Both the position numbers and the translations under genes were made by a program. This document shows, piece by piece, positions 7,686 through 15,919 of a stretch of DNA of 19,487 bases. Source of the stretch: Vulcanimicrobiaceae bacterium (GTDB lineage Bacteria; Vulcanimicrobiota; Vulcanimicrobiia; Vulcanimicrobiales; Vulcanimicrobiaceae); assembly GCA_046262595.1 (NCBI GenBank), contig JBHEMM010000040.1:1-19487 (forward strand), given 5' to 3'. Every line of letters begins with the position of its first letter. Position 1 is the stretch's first letter. The notes under the pieces were generated by a model that was given only the letters and a program-made list of their open reading frames with translations, was not told where the DNA came from and ran no database searches.

Positions 7686-7883
7686 TCACAGCCGAGAGAC
7701 GCCGTCGTAGATCGTCGGCAGGATGGGCGCGTGCGCGGCCGATCCAAACCCATTGCGATGATTCCGTGCGTGCCGAGCGGATCGACGATCGTCGCCCCAG
7801 GTCCGCGCCATGGAACAATACGCGCTGCCTTCGCTTTCGTACTTGTCCAGAATCGGCCGCTCGAACTCGTCCGTCGTCTCGGC
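7686..7883 (-). pseudogene. Frameshifted relic of the 3' end of a methylcrotonyl-CoA carboxylase-type carboxyltransferase beta subunit
   Basis: Stitching frames gives DEFERPILDKYESEGSAYCSMARTWGD / IVDPLGTHGIIAMGLD / AAHAPILPTIYDGVSRL*, matching the family C-terminus F..PI...YE.EG..YY.TARLWDDG.IDP..TR..L...L.AA..API..T.YGVFRM. Two frameshifts near 7790 and 7740. Confidence 0.75.
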
Positions 7884-8112
7884 TTTCGGTAGAAACGGCG
7901 CTGGCCCGGTGCATGGTGTCTGTTTTCGCCTATCACGAATGCAGAACCATCCTTTACGACGAAGCAAAATCACTGGCTCATCGCCCCGACACGCCGGTGC
8001 GCGTACACGGCGAACCGGCGCGACGCTCGGAACCGCCGGGCCAACGCGTTCCGCAAGACCTCGGCCTCAATAGAGCAGCCCGCGCTGCTAATGCCTACGC
8101 TAAGAGCGTCGG

Positions 8113-8493
8113 TTATGTTCCGTGGACGACGGAAGACAACTGAGACGCGCTTTTGATATCGAAACGCTTCACCTTGCCGCCTTCAATGCGGAAGACGTGA
8201 CGAACCGTCTCCTCAAGCAGCAGAGCACCGTTAAGATCGTGGACAATCTGGTGAACCTGCACCGCCGTCGAACCATCAGGTTCTTGGCTAATTTTGTTCG
8301 GCTGGACATGCGGACTGATTGTCGCCCACTGTTCCGTCCAATATGCTCGGACGGCTTCACGGCCATGAACATGCCCTCCATCCATCCCGTTGGCCCATTC
8401 GACATCCTCGGCGAGCGCTGCAAGAACGTCGTCAATGTTTCGCGCGTTAAAGCCGCTGTAGAGCTGTTGAACTAATTCTATATCGCTTGGCAT
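8113..8493 (-). CDS. SnoaL-like / NTF2-family protein
   Basis: LY..FN.R.ID..LA.L.EDVEW.NGMDGGHVHGREAVRAYWT.QW, V.VHQ.V.DL.G, V.H.F....G.V.RFDI; SD GGAGG upstream of the ATG. Confidence 0.92.
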   Translation of the reverse strand: MPSDIELVQQLYSGFNARNIDDVLAALAEDVEWANGMDGGHVHGREAVRAYWTEQWATISPHVQPNKISQEPDGSTAVQVHQIVHDLNGALLLEETVRHVFRIEGGKVKRFDIKSASQLSSVVHGT

Positions 8494-8898
8494 TACGTCC
8501 TCCGGCGAAGCTTCTCGAAGAAGTGAAGTGCGAGACGGTTAGCGCTAGTGTTCCGCTCTGCACCGGAAATCCGCTTTGGACGCGCCGTTCCGCGCGCTCG
8601 AAATGGATTAACGGAATTCGGTGCCGATAGGCTGATTCGCAAGAAAAAATTGCATTTCGATATTCGCGGCCGCACGTTTTCGCGTGGCAAAAAAGGATTG
8701 ACGCCCGCCCAGCCCGTGGACGGCATACATCGCGTTTCTGGGGTATGTGTTCATTCGCCAGCTCAACCAAAGTCCAGAGGCGCTACGCGGCGCCCTGCAT
8801 AAGCAAGGGTCTCTGCGTCCGAGCTGCGCGTTGGCGGCTGACAAAGGGTCAGGACAAGGGTGAAGAGCCGCTGAACGGTGTAGTGCTACGGGAATCAG

Positions 8899-8909
8899 TG
8901 ATATAAAAT
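8899..8909 (+). promoter_or_regulatory. Extended -10 promoter for the tRNA
   Basis: TGaTATAAAAT in an AT-rich patch ending 8 nt before the tRNA 5' end. Confidence 0.6.
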
Positions 8910-8917
8910 AAGATCAC

Positions 8918-8990
8918 GGGCGATTAACTCAGTTGGGAGAGTGCCTCCCTTACAAGGAGGATGTCGGCGGTTCGAGCCCGTCATCGCCCA
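8918..8990 (+). tRNA. tRNA-Val(TAC); CCA not encoded
   Basis: Cloverleaf: acceptor GGGCGAT/ATCGCCC plus discriminator A, D arm ACTC/GAGT, anticodon arm CCTCC-CTTACAA-GGAGG (TAC at 8951-8953), T arm GGCGG-TTCGAGC-CCGTC. Confidence 0.98.
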
Positions 8991-8997
8991 TATCTTT

Positions 8998-9783
8998 ATG
9001 AACCACATGAACCATGTCGCAACCGCCTTCGAAGACGACGGCGGCATCGCCGTCCTCACCATGCAGCGGCCTGACAAGCGCAACGCTCTCTCGCTCGAGC
9101 TGATGCGCGAGTTGATCGGCGCGTTTCAAAGCGTTTCGGCGCAGCAAGGCGTCTACGCCGTCGTCTTGCGAGGCGAAGGCGCCGCCTTCAGCGCCGGGCA
9201 CGATCTGCGCGAGTTGGCTTGCCGCGATGAGGAAGCATACCGCGAGATCTTCGATGTTTGCGTTGAACTCATGCAGACGATCCAGCGTATTCCTCAGCCC
9301 GTCATCGCCGAAGTGCAGACAATTGCCACGGCCGCGGGCTGCCAGCTCGTTGCAAGCTGCGATCTCGCCGTCGCCGCGGAAGGTGCGCGCTTCGCCACAC
9401 CGGGCGTGCGGATCGGTTTGTTCTGCACCACGCCGATGGTCGCGCTCACGCGCGCTATTGGGCGCAAACGCGCGATGGAGATGCTCCTCACCGGTGAATT
9501 CATCGACGCGGCCACGGCGGCGCAATGGGGGCTGGTGAACCGCGTCGTGCCCGCGGGCCGCCTGCACCACGAAGTGTTGGAGCTCGCACGGAAGATAGGG
9601 CAAGCAAGCCGCACGGTTGTCGCACTCGGCAAGCAAGCATTTTACACACAGATCGAACTCGAGCAAGGCCGCGCGTATAACTACGCCAAAGAGATCATGA
9701 CCGCGAACGCGCAGGCGGCGGACGCCCAAGAAGGCATTGCAGCTTTTGCCGAAAAGCGGCTCGCGAAGTGGAAAACAGGATGA
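8998..9783 (+). CDS. Enoyl-CoA hydratase/isomerase (crotonase, ECHDC3-like)
   Basis: KRNALS, FSAGHDL, PQPVIAEV...ATAAGCQLVASCDL, FATPGV.IGLFC.TPMV, AMEMLLTG, EGIAAF.EKR. Start is ATG 8998 or 9007; the ORF-track start at 8941 lies inside the tRNA. Confidence 0.95.
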   Translation: MNHMNHVATAFEDDGGIAVLTMQRPDKRNALSLELMRELIGAFQSVSAQQGVYAVVLRGEGAAFSAGHDLRELACRDEEAYREIFDVCVELMQTIQRIPQPVIAEVQTIATAAGCQLVASCDLAVAAEGARFATPGVRIGLFCTTPMVALTRAIGRKRAMEMLLTGEFIDAATAAQWGLVNRVVPAGRLHHEVLELARKIGQASRTVVALGKQAFYTQIELEQGRAYNYAKEIMTANAQAADAQEGIAAFAEKRLAKWKTG

Positions 9784-9797
9784 CGTTTGTTAAGATG

Positions 9798-9806
9798 TGG
9801 TAGTCT
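9798..9806 (+). promoter_or_regulatory. Extended -10 promoter TGgTAGTCT
   Basis: TGn plus TAnnnT pattern immediately upstream of the structured RNA; predicted TSS about 9812-9813. Confidence 0.5.
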
Positions 9807-9811
9807 GTAGG

Positions 9812-9977
9812 CAGACACAAGGAGTCGGCGCCCATCGGCGCCTAATCGACACCTTCGCGGCGGCGCATCTGTGGGCTTGCGTCGTCCGGTGTTTTAAAAG
9901 CGTCGCCCACACCCGGTATGCGGGCAACCGCATACGCGACGGCAGGGGGCTCGCCTACGGCGGGCCTTCCTGTTTTT
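9812..9977 (+). ncRNA. Unassigned structured RNA (cis-regulatory leader/riboswitch candidate or sRNA)
   Basis: Several stems, a GCAA tetraloop hairpin, a loop-to-downstream pseudoknot and a terminal terminator. G-U pairs favour the + strand. No family recognised. Confidence 0.65.
9943..9977 (+). terminator. Intrinsic terminator just upstream of the DUF5693 gene
   Basis: CAGGGGGCTCGCC-TAC-GGCGGGCCTTCCTG followed by TTTTT (9973-9977). Confidence 0.75.
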
Positions 9978-9996
9978 AAAGCGAAAACGCCCGTCC

Positions 9997-11994
9997 GTGA
10001 ACCGTATCGAACCGCGCACGCGCTATGCGGCGTTCGTGCTTTTGCTTGCGTTGCTCGCCTCGCTTTTTATCGCCGCGACGCGCTATCGGGTGGAGCAGCG
10101 GACGAATCGCGTCGAATTGGCGGTCGACTACAACGATCTGCTCGCGTTTGCCCGCTCGTACAACTACAACATGGACGTGCTGCTGGTAAACATGCGGCGC
10201 GCCGGGCTCACCTCGCTCGCGCTCTCCGAAGAACTCGGCGGGTCGCTGACGTCGTCGATGTCGCGTTACGGTTTCGCCATTTCCGGCACGGCGCTGCTGG
10301 ACGCGGCGCGCGTCTCGCCGCTTGCAAACCCAACGCTCGCGCGTCTGGTGCGATCGAACAGCGTGCGCGCGGACGAAGTGTTTATCCTCGCCTACGACAA
10401 ACCGAGCTTCGACCGCTATATGCAGCAGCTGCCGTTGCACTTTGAGCGCAGCGGAATCCGGGTTTTGCATCGCGGCGCCCCGTATGTGATTGCCCTGCGC
10501 ACGCAGGTCGATTACTTCAACAGCGTCGGCCTGGGGATTCCATCGGACCAAGTGTCTTTAGCACGCAAACTCGGCTTTTTCGTTGAGCCGCGTTTGCAGA
10601 ACGACGAGCGGCTGCAGGGGGCGCAGATCGGCGCGATGTTCGACGACGTCGGCGCGGGGAAGTGGCTCTCCACGGCAATTTTCTTCGGCTTGCGCAATCA
10701 AGTGCTCGGCTTTCCCGACCATCTCAAAGATACAGCGGATGCGTTTTCCGCGCACCCGCAGACGAACTTCGGAATGATCGAGACCGGCGACCCGACGCAG
10801 GCGCAAAAGGGGTACGCCGAACTGGCAAAGCTCATTCCCGGACGTACGGTGCGCGTGCAGGCGATCAGCAAACCGGAGCTCGATAAGCTGACCGTTCCGG
10901 TTATCGTTGCGCGCTACGAGCTCGGCGCGCGTGAGCGCAACGTCCGCGTGGTGTATCTGCGCCCCTTTCTGCACGCGTACAACGGCCTCTCGGGGGAGAA
11001 AACGAACGTCGAGATCGTTCGTGAGATCGCTTTGGATCTGCGCGGCCACGGTTTCCGCTTGGGGCGCGCATCGCCGGTTCCGCAAACGTACAAGGGCAAC
11101 AGTCCGCTCGCCGTCGGCATGGCCGCGCTCGCGGCTCCCTCGATGTTCGTCCTGCTCCTGGGCTGGTACGGCGCCTACCGGCGGCGATGGGCCGTTGCGG
11201 CCTACGCCCTTACCGTGCTCGTCATCGCGGGCGGCTACCTCTCGCATCACGACGTGCTTGCGCGCTCCGTTGTGGCGCTTGCCGGTGCGTTGCTGTTCGC
11301 CGCGGCTGCTTTTACGGCGCTGGACGGCGCGTTTAACGAAACGCCGAAGGCGCGTTTCGGCGCGCAGCTCGCCGTAAGTATCCGCTGGACGGTGCTCGCC
11401 ACGGTTGTGGCGCTGCTTGGAGCGCTGACCGTCGTGGGAGTGATGAGCGCACCGCTGCTGATGGAAGAAGTCGACACGTTCCGCGGCGTGAAGCTCGTGT
11501 TGGGCCTGCCGCCGCTCATCGCCCTCGCGTTGTACTTGTTTACCTCGCGTTTTAACGCGCGGCTGGGCAACGCGCGTGAAGCCTTCGCCGCGCCGATTCG
11601 CATCTATCAAATTATTGTGGCCTGCATCGTACTGGGCGCCGGCGCACTGCTGCTGATGCGCAGCGGCAACCAAAGCGACATCGCGCCCTCGAACTTCGAG
11701 CTGGCGCTGCGCCATCACCTCACCGCGCTGCTCAGCGTGCGTCCGCGCTTCAAAGAATTCGTGCTCGGTTTTCCGCTGATGATGCTCGTTCCGGCGCTCA
11801 CGCCGTCGGACCGGCGCATTTGCGGCATCTTGCTCGCGCTTGCGGCCGGAATCGGTATCGGCGACGTCATCGACACGTTCTCGCATCTGCATACGCCGCT
11901 GCTCATCTCGCTCGAACGCGTCTTCCTTGGACTCGTGCTCGGCATTCTCATCGGCGCGCTCTTCATCGCGCTCTACCGGCGTTTCCGAAAGTAG
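9997..11994 (+). CDS. DUF5693 family membrane protein (csaB-associated)
   Basis: 665 aa; N-terminal TM then R..VE.....VELAVDY, large extracytoplasmic domain with ERNVRV.YLRP, C-terminal TM bundle with FRGVK, RSGN, RPRFKEF..G.P and DTFSHLHTP; directly upstream of csaB. Confidence 0.85.
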   Translation: MNRIEPRTRYAAFVLLLALLASLFIAATRYRVEQRTNRVELAVDYNDLLAFARSYNYNMDVLLVNMRRAGLTSLALSEELGGSLTSSMSRYGFAISGTALLDAARVSPLANPTLARLVRSNSVRADEVFILAYDKPSFDRYMQQLPLHFERSGIRVLHRGAPYVIALRTQVDYFNSVGLGIPSDQVSLARKLGFFVEPRLQNDERLQGAQIGAMFDDVGAGKWLSTAIFFGLRNQVLGFPDHLKDTADAFSAHPQTNFGMIETGDPTQAQKGYAELAKLIPGRTVRVQAISKPELDKLTVPVIVARYELGARERNVRVVYLRPFLHAYNGLSGEKTNVEIVREIALDLRGHGFRLGRASPVPQTYKGNSPLAVGMAALAAPSMFVLLLGWYGAYRRRWAVAAYALTVLVIAGGYLSHHDVLARSVVALAGALLFAAAAFTALDGAFNETPKARFGAQLAVSIRWTVLATVVALLGALTVVGVMSAPLLMEEVDTFRGVKLVLGLPPLIALALYLFTSRFNARLGNAREAFAAPIRIYQIIVACIVLGAGALLLMRSGNQSDIAPSNFELALRHHLTALLSVRPRFKEFVLGFPLMMLVPALTPSDRRICGILLALAAGIGIGDVIDTFSHLHTPLLISLERVFLGLVLGILIGALFIALYRRFRK

Positions 11995-13100
11995 TGCGGT
12001 TTCTGATTTCCGGCTACTACGGCTTTGGAAATTTGGGCGATGAGGCGCTGCTCGAAGTGATCGTCTCGCAGTTGAAGACGCGCCACCCCTTTGCAGAGAT
12101 TGACGTGTTATCCGCCGCTCCAGAGCAAACCGCGCACGAGCTGCGCGTGCACGCAACGCCGCGTTGGGATGCGCGCGCGGTGCGTGAAGCTATCCACAAC
12201 GCCGACGTGGTGCTCTCCGGCGGCGGCGGTTTGCTGCAAAACGCAACGAGTTTGCGAAGCTTGATGTATTACGCGGGTATTTTACGCACGGCAACGCGCG
12301 CGAACCATAAGGCGATGATCTTCGCGCAGTCGATCGGCCCGCTGGACTTCTGGGGTAAGGCGCTGGTTAAAGAATGGTGCAAAGGCGTGCGCGCCGCGAC
12401 GGTGCGCGACTCCCGTTCAAAGGAGTTGCTTGTATCGCTGCTGCCGGACACGCGCGTTGAGCAAACCGCCGACCCGGTGTTTCTGTACGATGCGCCGGAC
12501 GATGAGGCCGATCTTTCGAGCGAAGGCATCGGCCCGCAAAGCGATCCGCTGGTGATCTTCTGCGTGCGCAAAGCGAACGGCTTAAAAGAGCGCGTCGACG
12601 TGCTCGCACATGCAGCCGACCGCTTTGCGCAGACCTACGGTGCGCGGGTTGCCTTCCTGCCGCTCGGCGGCGTGGCGGATGCGGAAGTTTCGACAATGGT
12701 GATCCGCAAATGCAAAACGGCGCCGGTGTTGTTGCCGGAGTGCACGCTCGCACGCGCGGCGGCGATCATCCGCCGCTCGAGGGCCGTCGTGGGCATGCGA
12801 CTGCATGCACTCATACTCGCGGCGCGCTACGCCGTACCGTTCTTGGCCGTGCCTTACGATCCAAAAGTGAGCGCGTTGTGCACCGATCTTGCGTATCCGC
12901 TGCCCGCGCTTTTCTCGCTCGATCCGCCCTCGGCAAAACCCCCCGCGCAAGATACGGACGCGCTCATCGAGCGGCTCTGGGCTGAGCGGGAGCAGCTGTC
13001 GCACGCGCTTGCACAGTCCGGCGAGCGTCTTCGCGCCCTTGCCTCGCGGAATTTCGAGGTTCTCGACGTCGTGGTGCGCGAAAGACCCGCAAGCCTATGA
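11994..13100 (+). CDS. csaB: Polysaccharide pyruvyl transferase CsaB
   Basis: GTG at 11994 overlaps the upstream TAG. MRFLISGYYGFGNLGDEA, SGGGGLLQN.TS.RSL.YY, AQSIGPL, TVRD..S, ADP, GMRLHALI, YDPKV. Confidence 0.93.
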   Translation: MRFLISGYYGFGNLGDEALLEVIVSQLKTRHPFAEIDVLSAAPEQTAHELRVHATPRWDARAVREAIHNADVVLSGGGGLLQNATSLRSLMYYAGILRTATRANHKAMIFAQSIGPLDFWGKALVKEWCKGVRAATVRDSRSKELLVSLLPDTRVEQTADPVFLYDAPDDEADLSSEGIGPQSDPLVIFCVRKANGLKERVDVLAHAADRFAQTYGARVAFLPLGGVADAEVSTMVIRKCKTAPVLLPECTLARAAAIIRRSRAVVGMRLHALILAARYAVPFLAVPYDPKVSALCTDLAYPLPALFSLDPPSAKPPAQDTDALIERLWAEREQLSHALAQSGERLRALASRNFEVLDVVVRERPASL

Positions 13101-15850
13101 GCGAAACCGGCGTGCGCGATTATCGCGAAACCTTGAACCTTCCCAAGACCGCGTTCCCCATGAAAGCGGATCTGCCCAAGCGCGAACCGGATCGGGTGGC
13201 GTGGTGGCGCGAGCACGCGACATACGAGCGCCGGCTGGAACACAATAAATCTGGCGGTCCCTGGATTTTGCACGACGGTCCGCCGTATGCGAACGGCAAC
13301 CTGCATATGGGCCACTTTTTGAACATGGTGCTCAAAGACGTGTTCAACAAGATCGCCTTGCTCGACGGCAAATGGGCGAAGTTTGTTCCCGGCTGGGATA
13401 TGCACGGGCTCCCGATCGAGCTCGATACGCTCAAGCATCTGAAGATCAAAGATTTCCATGCGATCGATCCGCTGGAATTGCGGGAGCTATGCCGACAGCG
13501 CGCCATCCATTGGCTGGACCGGCAGCGCGAGACGCGCATCCGTATGGGAAACTTCGGCGACTGGGAGCACCCGTACCGCACGATCGATCCGGAATTTGAA
13601 GCGACGATCGTTGAAGCGTTAGCGGAGCTGGCGCGCACGAAACAACTTTACAAAGGCCTTCGCTCGACGCTGTGGTGCATTCACGATGAGACAGCGCTTG
13701 CCGAAGCGGAGATCGAGTACAAAGAAAAAGTCTCGCCCTCAATCTTCGTGCGCTTCAGCGCCCACAGCGAGCAGCGCGACGCCTTGCTGCACGCCTTCAA
13801 CGCAAAAGATGGCGGCGGCCGCGTTTCCATTCTGATTTGGACGACCACGCCGTGGACGCTTCCCGCTAACGTCGCCGTTGCCTTGAAGGCCGAGGCGCAG
13901 TACGGCCTGTACGAGCACGCAGGTGAATTGCTTATCGTCGCGCTCGAGCGGGCACCGCATGTCCTCGGCGAGCATTTCGGCAGCATGGCGCTGCTCGGAA
14001 CGGCCGGCGGTGAAGCACTGAGCGGTCTTTCGCTGCGCCATCCGTTCCTGGACCGCGATTCGCTGGTCGTAACGGCGGAGTACGTGGAGCTCGAAACGGG
14101 AACGGGCGCGGTGCACACGGCGCCGGGTCACGGTGCCGACGACTTTGAAACCGGCATGCGCTTCAATCTGCCTGTGCTCAATCCGGTGGATGCGCGCGGC
14201 GTGTTTACCGCCGAAGCCGGTCCGTACGCCGGCATGCATATTTGGAAAGCGAACCCGCAAATCGTCGAGGACCTGCGCGCGAGCGGTGCGCTCTGGGATG
14301 CGTTTGAATTTACGCACAGCTATCCGCACTGCTGGCGCTGTCATCATCCGGTAATCTTTCGCGCGACCGCCCAGTGGTTTATCGCGATGGATCAGAACCG
14401 CTTGCGCGCGCGCACGATCGATAATATTCACAACGTGCGCTGGACACCGGAGTGGGGCGAGCAGCGCATCGAACAAATGCTGCAGAATCATCCCGAATGG
14501 TGCATCTCGCGTCAGCGCACGTGGGGAACGCCCATCCCGGCGGTGATCTGTCTGGGCTGCAACGAGTCGCTGCTCGATCCGGCCGTCGCGCTCAAAGCGG
14601 CGCAGCGCTTCCGGGAAAGCGGCGCAAACGCGTGGTGGAGCGATCCGGTCCAAACGTTCTTGCCGCCCGATTTCCACTGTCCAAAATGTCGGGGCACGGC
14701 GTTCGAAAAAGAGAAGAACATCGTCGACATCTGGTTCGAATCGGGCGTCACGAACTTGGCGGTGCTCGGAAAGAATGGCTTGCCGTGGCCGGCGGATGTG
14801 GTCGTCGAAGGAGCGGACCAGTACCGCGGGTGGTTCCGCAGTTCCATCGTCATTGCAACGGCAGTCAAAGGCGCGGCGCCCTACCGGCACGTCGTCAAAC
14901 CCGGGTGGGTGAACGACGAGCAAGGCCGCGCGATGAGCAAGTCGCTCGGCACCGGTATCGACGCCGCGGAGGCGATGCAGAAATGGGGCGCGGACGTGCT
15001 GCGTCTGTGGGTTGCTTCGACCGAGTTCGTGGACGACGTGCGCTTCGGCCCCAACGTTATCGATCAAGTCAGCCGCGTGTACCGCAACGTGCGCAACCGC
15101 CTGCGCTTCATGCTCAGCAATTTGGACGACTTACCCGCGGAAGCGGTGGTTGCGCGCAAGCAAATGCAATGGTTTGACGCGCTCGCGTGCGATGTTGCCG
15201 ATGCGTGGGCCGCGCGCGTGGCGGAGCTTTTGCGCGCGTACCGGCTGCACGATGCGTATCTGGATATCCTGCGTTTCGAAAGCGACGATCTTTCCAGTTT
15301 TTATCTCGACGCGCTCAAGGATCGCTTATACGCGCACGCCGCAGCCGATCCGCGGCGGCGAAGCGCGCAAAGCGCCGTGCTGCACATTCTTACGCGCTTT
15401 GCGACGATGCTCGCGCCGGTGCTCTCTTTTACCGCCGAAGAAGCGTGGCAGCACGTGCCGTCCGCCCTGCGGCGCGGAGCGCAAAGCGTGTTCGACCTGC
15501 CGCTGGAGGCGCGCAAGCCTGAGAGCGCCGATGCGCCGAAGACGTGGGCGATGCTGCGTTCGCTTCGGGCGCAAGTTGCCGCGAGTGAAGGAAAGCGCGA
15601 TTACGAACTGCAGGCGCGCCTGACCCTACCGCCCGAGTGGTACGAACGTCTCGCACCGCAGAGCGATGCGGTGCGCGAAGCGCTGGTCGTTTCCGCGCTA
15701 TCGCTGCAATCGGGCCAAGGCGAACCGCTTCTCACGCTGCAGCCTGCGGACGGCGAGAAGTGCGCGCGCTGTTGGAAGTATCTGCCGCTGGGTGCGGTGG
15801 CGGCACATCCTTCGCTTTGCTCGGCCTGCGCCGCTGTCGTCGGTTCGTGA
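13097..15850 (+). CDS. ileS: Isoleucine--tRNA ligase (type 1)
   Basis: Y..TLNLP.T.FPM, HDGPPYANG.LHMGH, WTTTPWTLPAN and GTGAVHTAPGHG.DD editing motifs, WCISRQR.WG.PIP, EG.DQ.RGWF, AMSKS, C-terminal zinc finger CARCW...CSAC. ATGA overlap with csaB. Confidence 0.99.
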   Translation: MSETGVRDYRETLNLPKTAFPMKADLPKREPDRVAWWREHATYERRLEHNKSGGPWILHDGPPYANGNLHMGHFLNMVLKDVFNKIALLDGKWAKFVPGWDMHGLPIELDTLKHLKIKDFHAIDPLELRELCRQRAIHWLDRQRETRIRMGNFGDWEHPYRTIDPEFEATIVEALAELARTKQLYKGLRSTLWCIHDETALAEAEIEYKEKVSPSIFVRFSAHSEQRDALLHAFNAKDGGGRVSILIWTTTPWTLPANVAVALKAEAQYGLYEHAGELLIVALERAPHVLGEHFGSMALLGTAGGEALSGLSLRHPFLDRDSLVVTAEYVELETGTGAVHTAPGHGADDFETGMRFNLPVLNPVDARGVFTAEAGPYAGMHIWKANPQIVEDLRASGALWDAFEFTHSYPHCWRCHHPVIFRATAQWFIAMDQNRLRARTIDNIHNVRWTPEWGEQRIEQMLQNHPEWCISRQRTWGTPIPAVICLGCNESLLDPAVALKAAQRFRESGANAWWSDPVQTFLPPDFHCPKCRGTAFEKEKNIVDIWFESGVTNLAVLGKNGLPWPADVVVEGADQYRGWFRSSIVIATAVKGAAPYRHVVKPGWVNDEQGRAMSKSLGTGIDAAEAMQKWGADVLRLWVASTEFVDDVRFGPNVIDQVSRVYRNVRNRLRFMLSNLDDLPAEAVVARKQMQWFDALACDVADAWAARVAELLRAYRLHDAYLDILRFESDDLSSFYLDALKDRLYAHAAADPRRRSAQSAVLHILTRFATMLAPVLSFTAEEAWQHVPSALRRGAQSVFDLPLEARKPESADAPKTWAMLRSLRAQVAASEGKRDYELQARLTLPPEWYERLAPQSDAVREALVVSALSLQSGQGEPLLTLQPADGEKCARCWKYLPLGAVAAHPSLCSACAAVVGS

Positions 15851-15919
15851 ACCAGCCCACAGCGTGCTTTTGCGCGTTAACGGTTTTTCCATCGGCGCAA
15901 CGGCTGCCGCGGCGCGCGT

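Noticed and set aside
7451..8143. 230-aa + strand ORF and the 95-aa ORF at 7686-7973
   Set aside because: The first is antisense to the DUF4760-like gene and low-complexity; the second is better explained as the frameshifted carboxyltransferase relic.
8918..8990. Prophage or ICE integrated at tRNA-Val
   Set aside because: No integrase and no duplicated tRNA 3' end seen; a metabolic gene follows the tRNA immediately.
9812..9977. T-box riboswitch for ileS (ATC in the first hairpin loop)
   Set aside because: No UGGNACC antiterminator bulge or recognisable stem I/II motifs, and ileS is the third gene downstream.
9812..9977. 6S RNA, SRP RNA or HDV-like ribozyme
   Set aside because: No long rod with a central bubble, no SRP domain IV motif, and no consistent nested double-pseudoknot core could be drawn.
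10558..15067. Long minus-strand ORFs 10558-12156 and 13739-15067
   Set aside because: Antisense shadows of DUF5693/csaB and ileS, expected from GC-rich codon bias.
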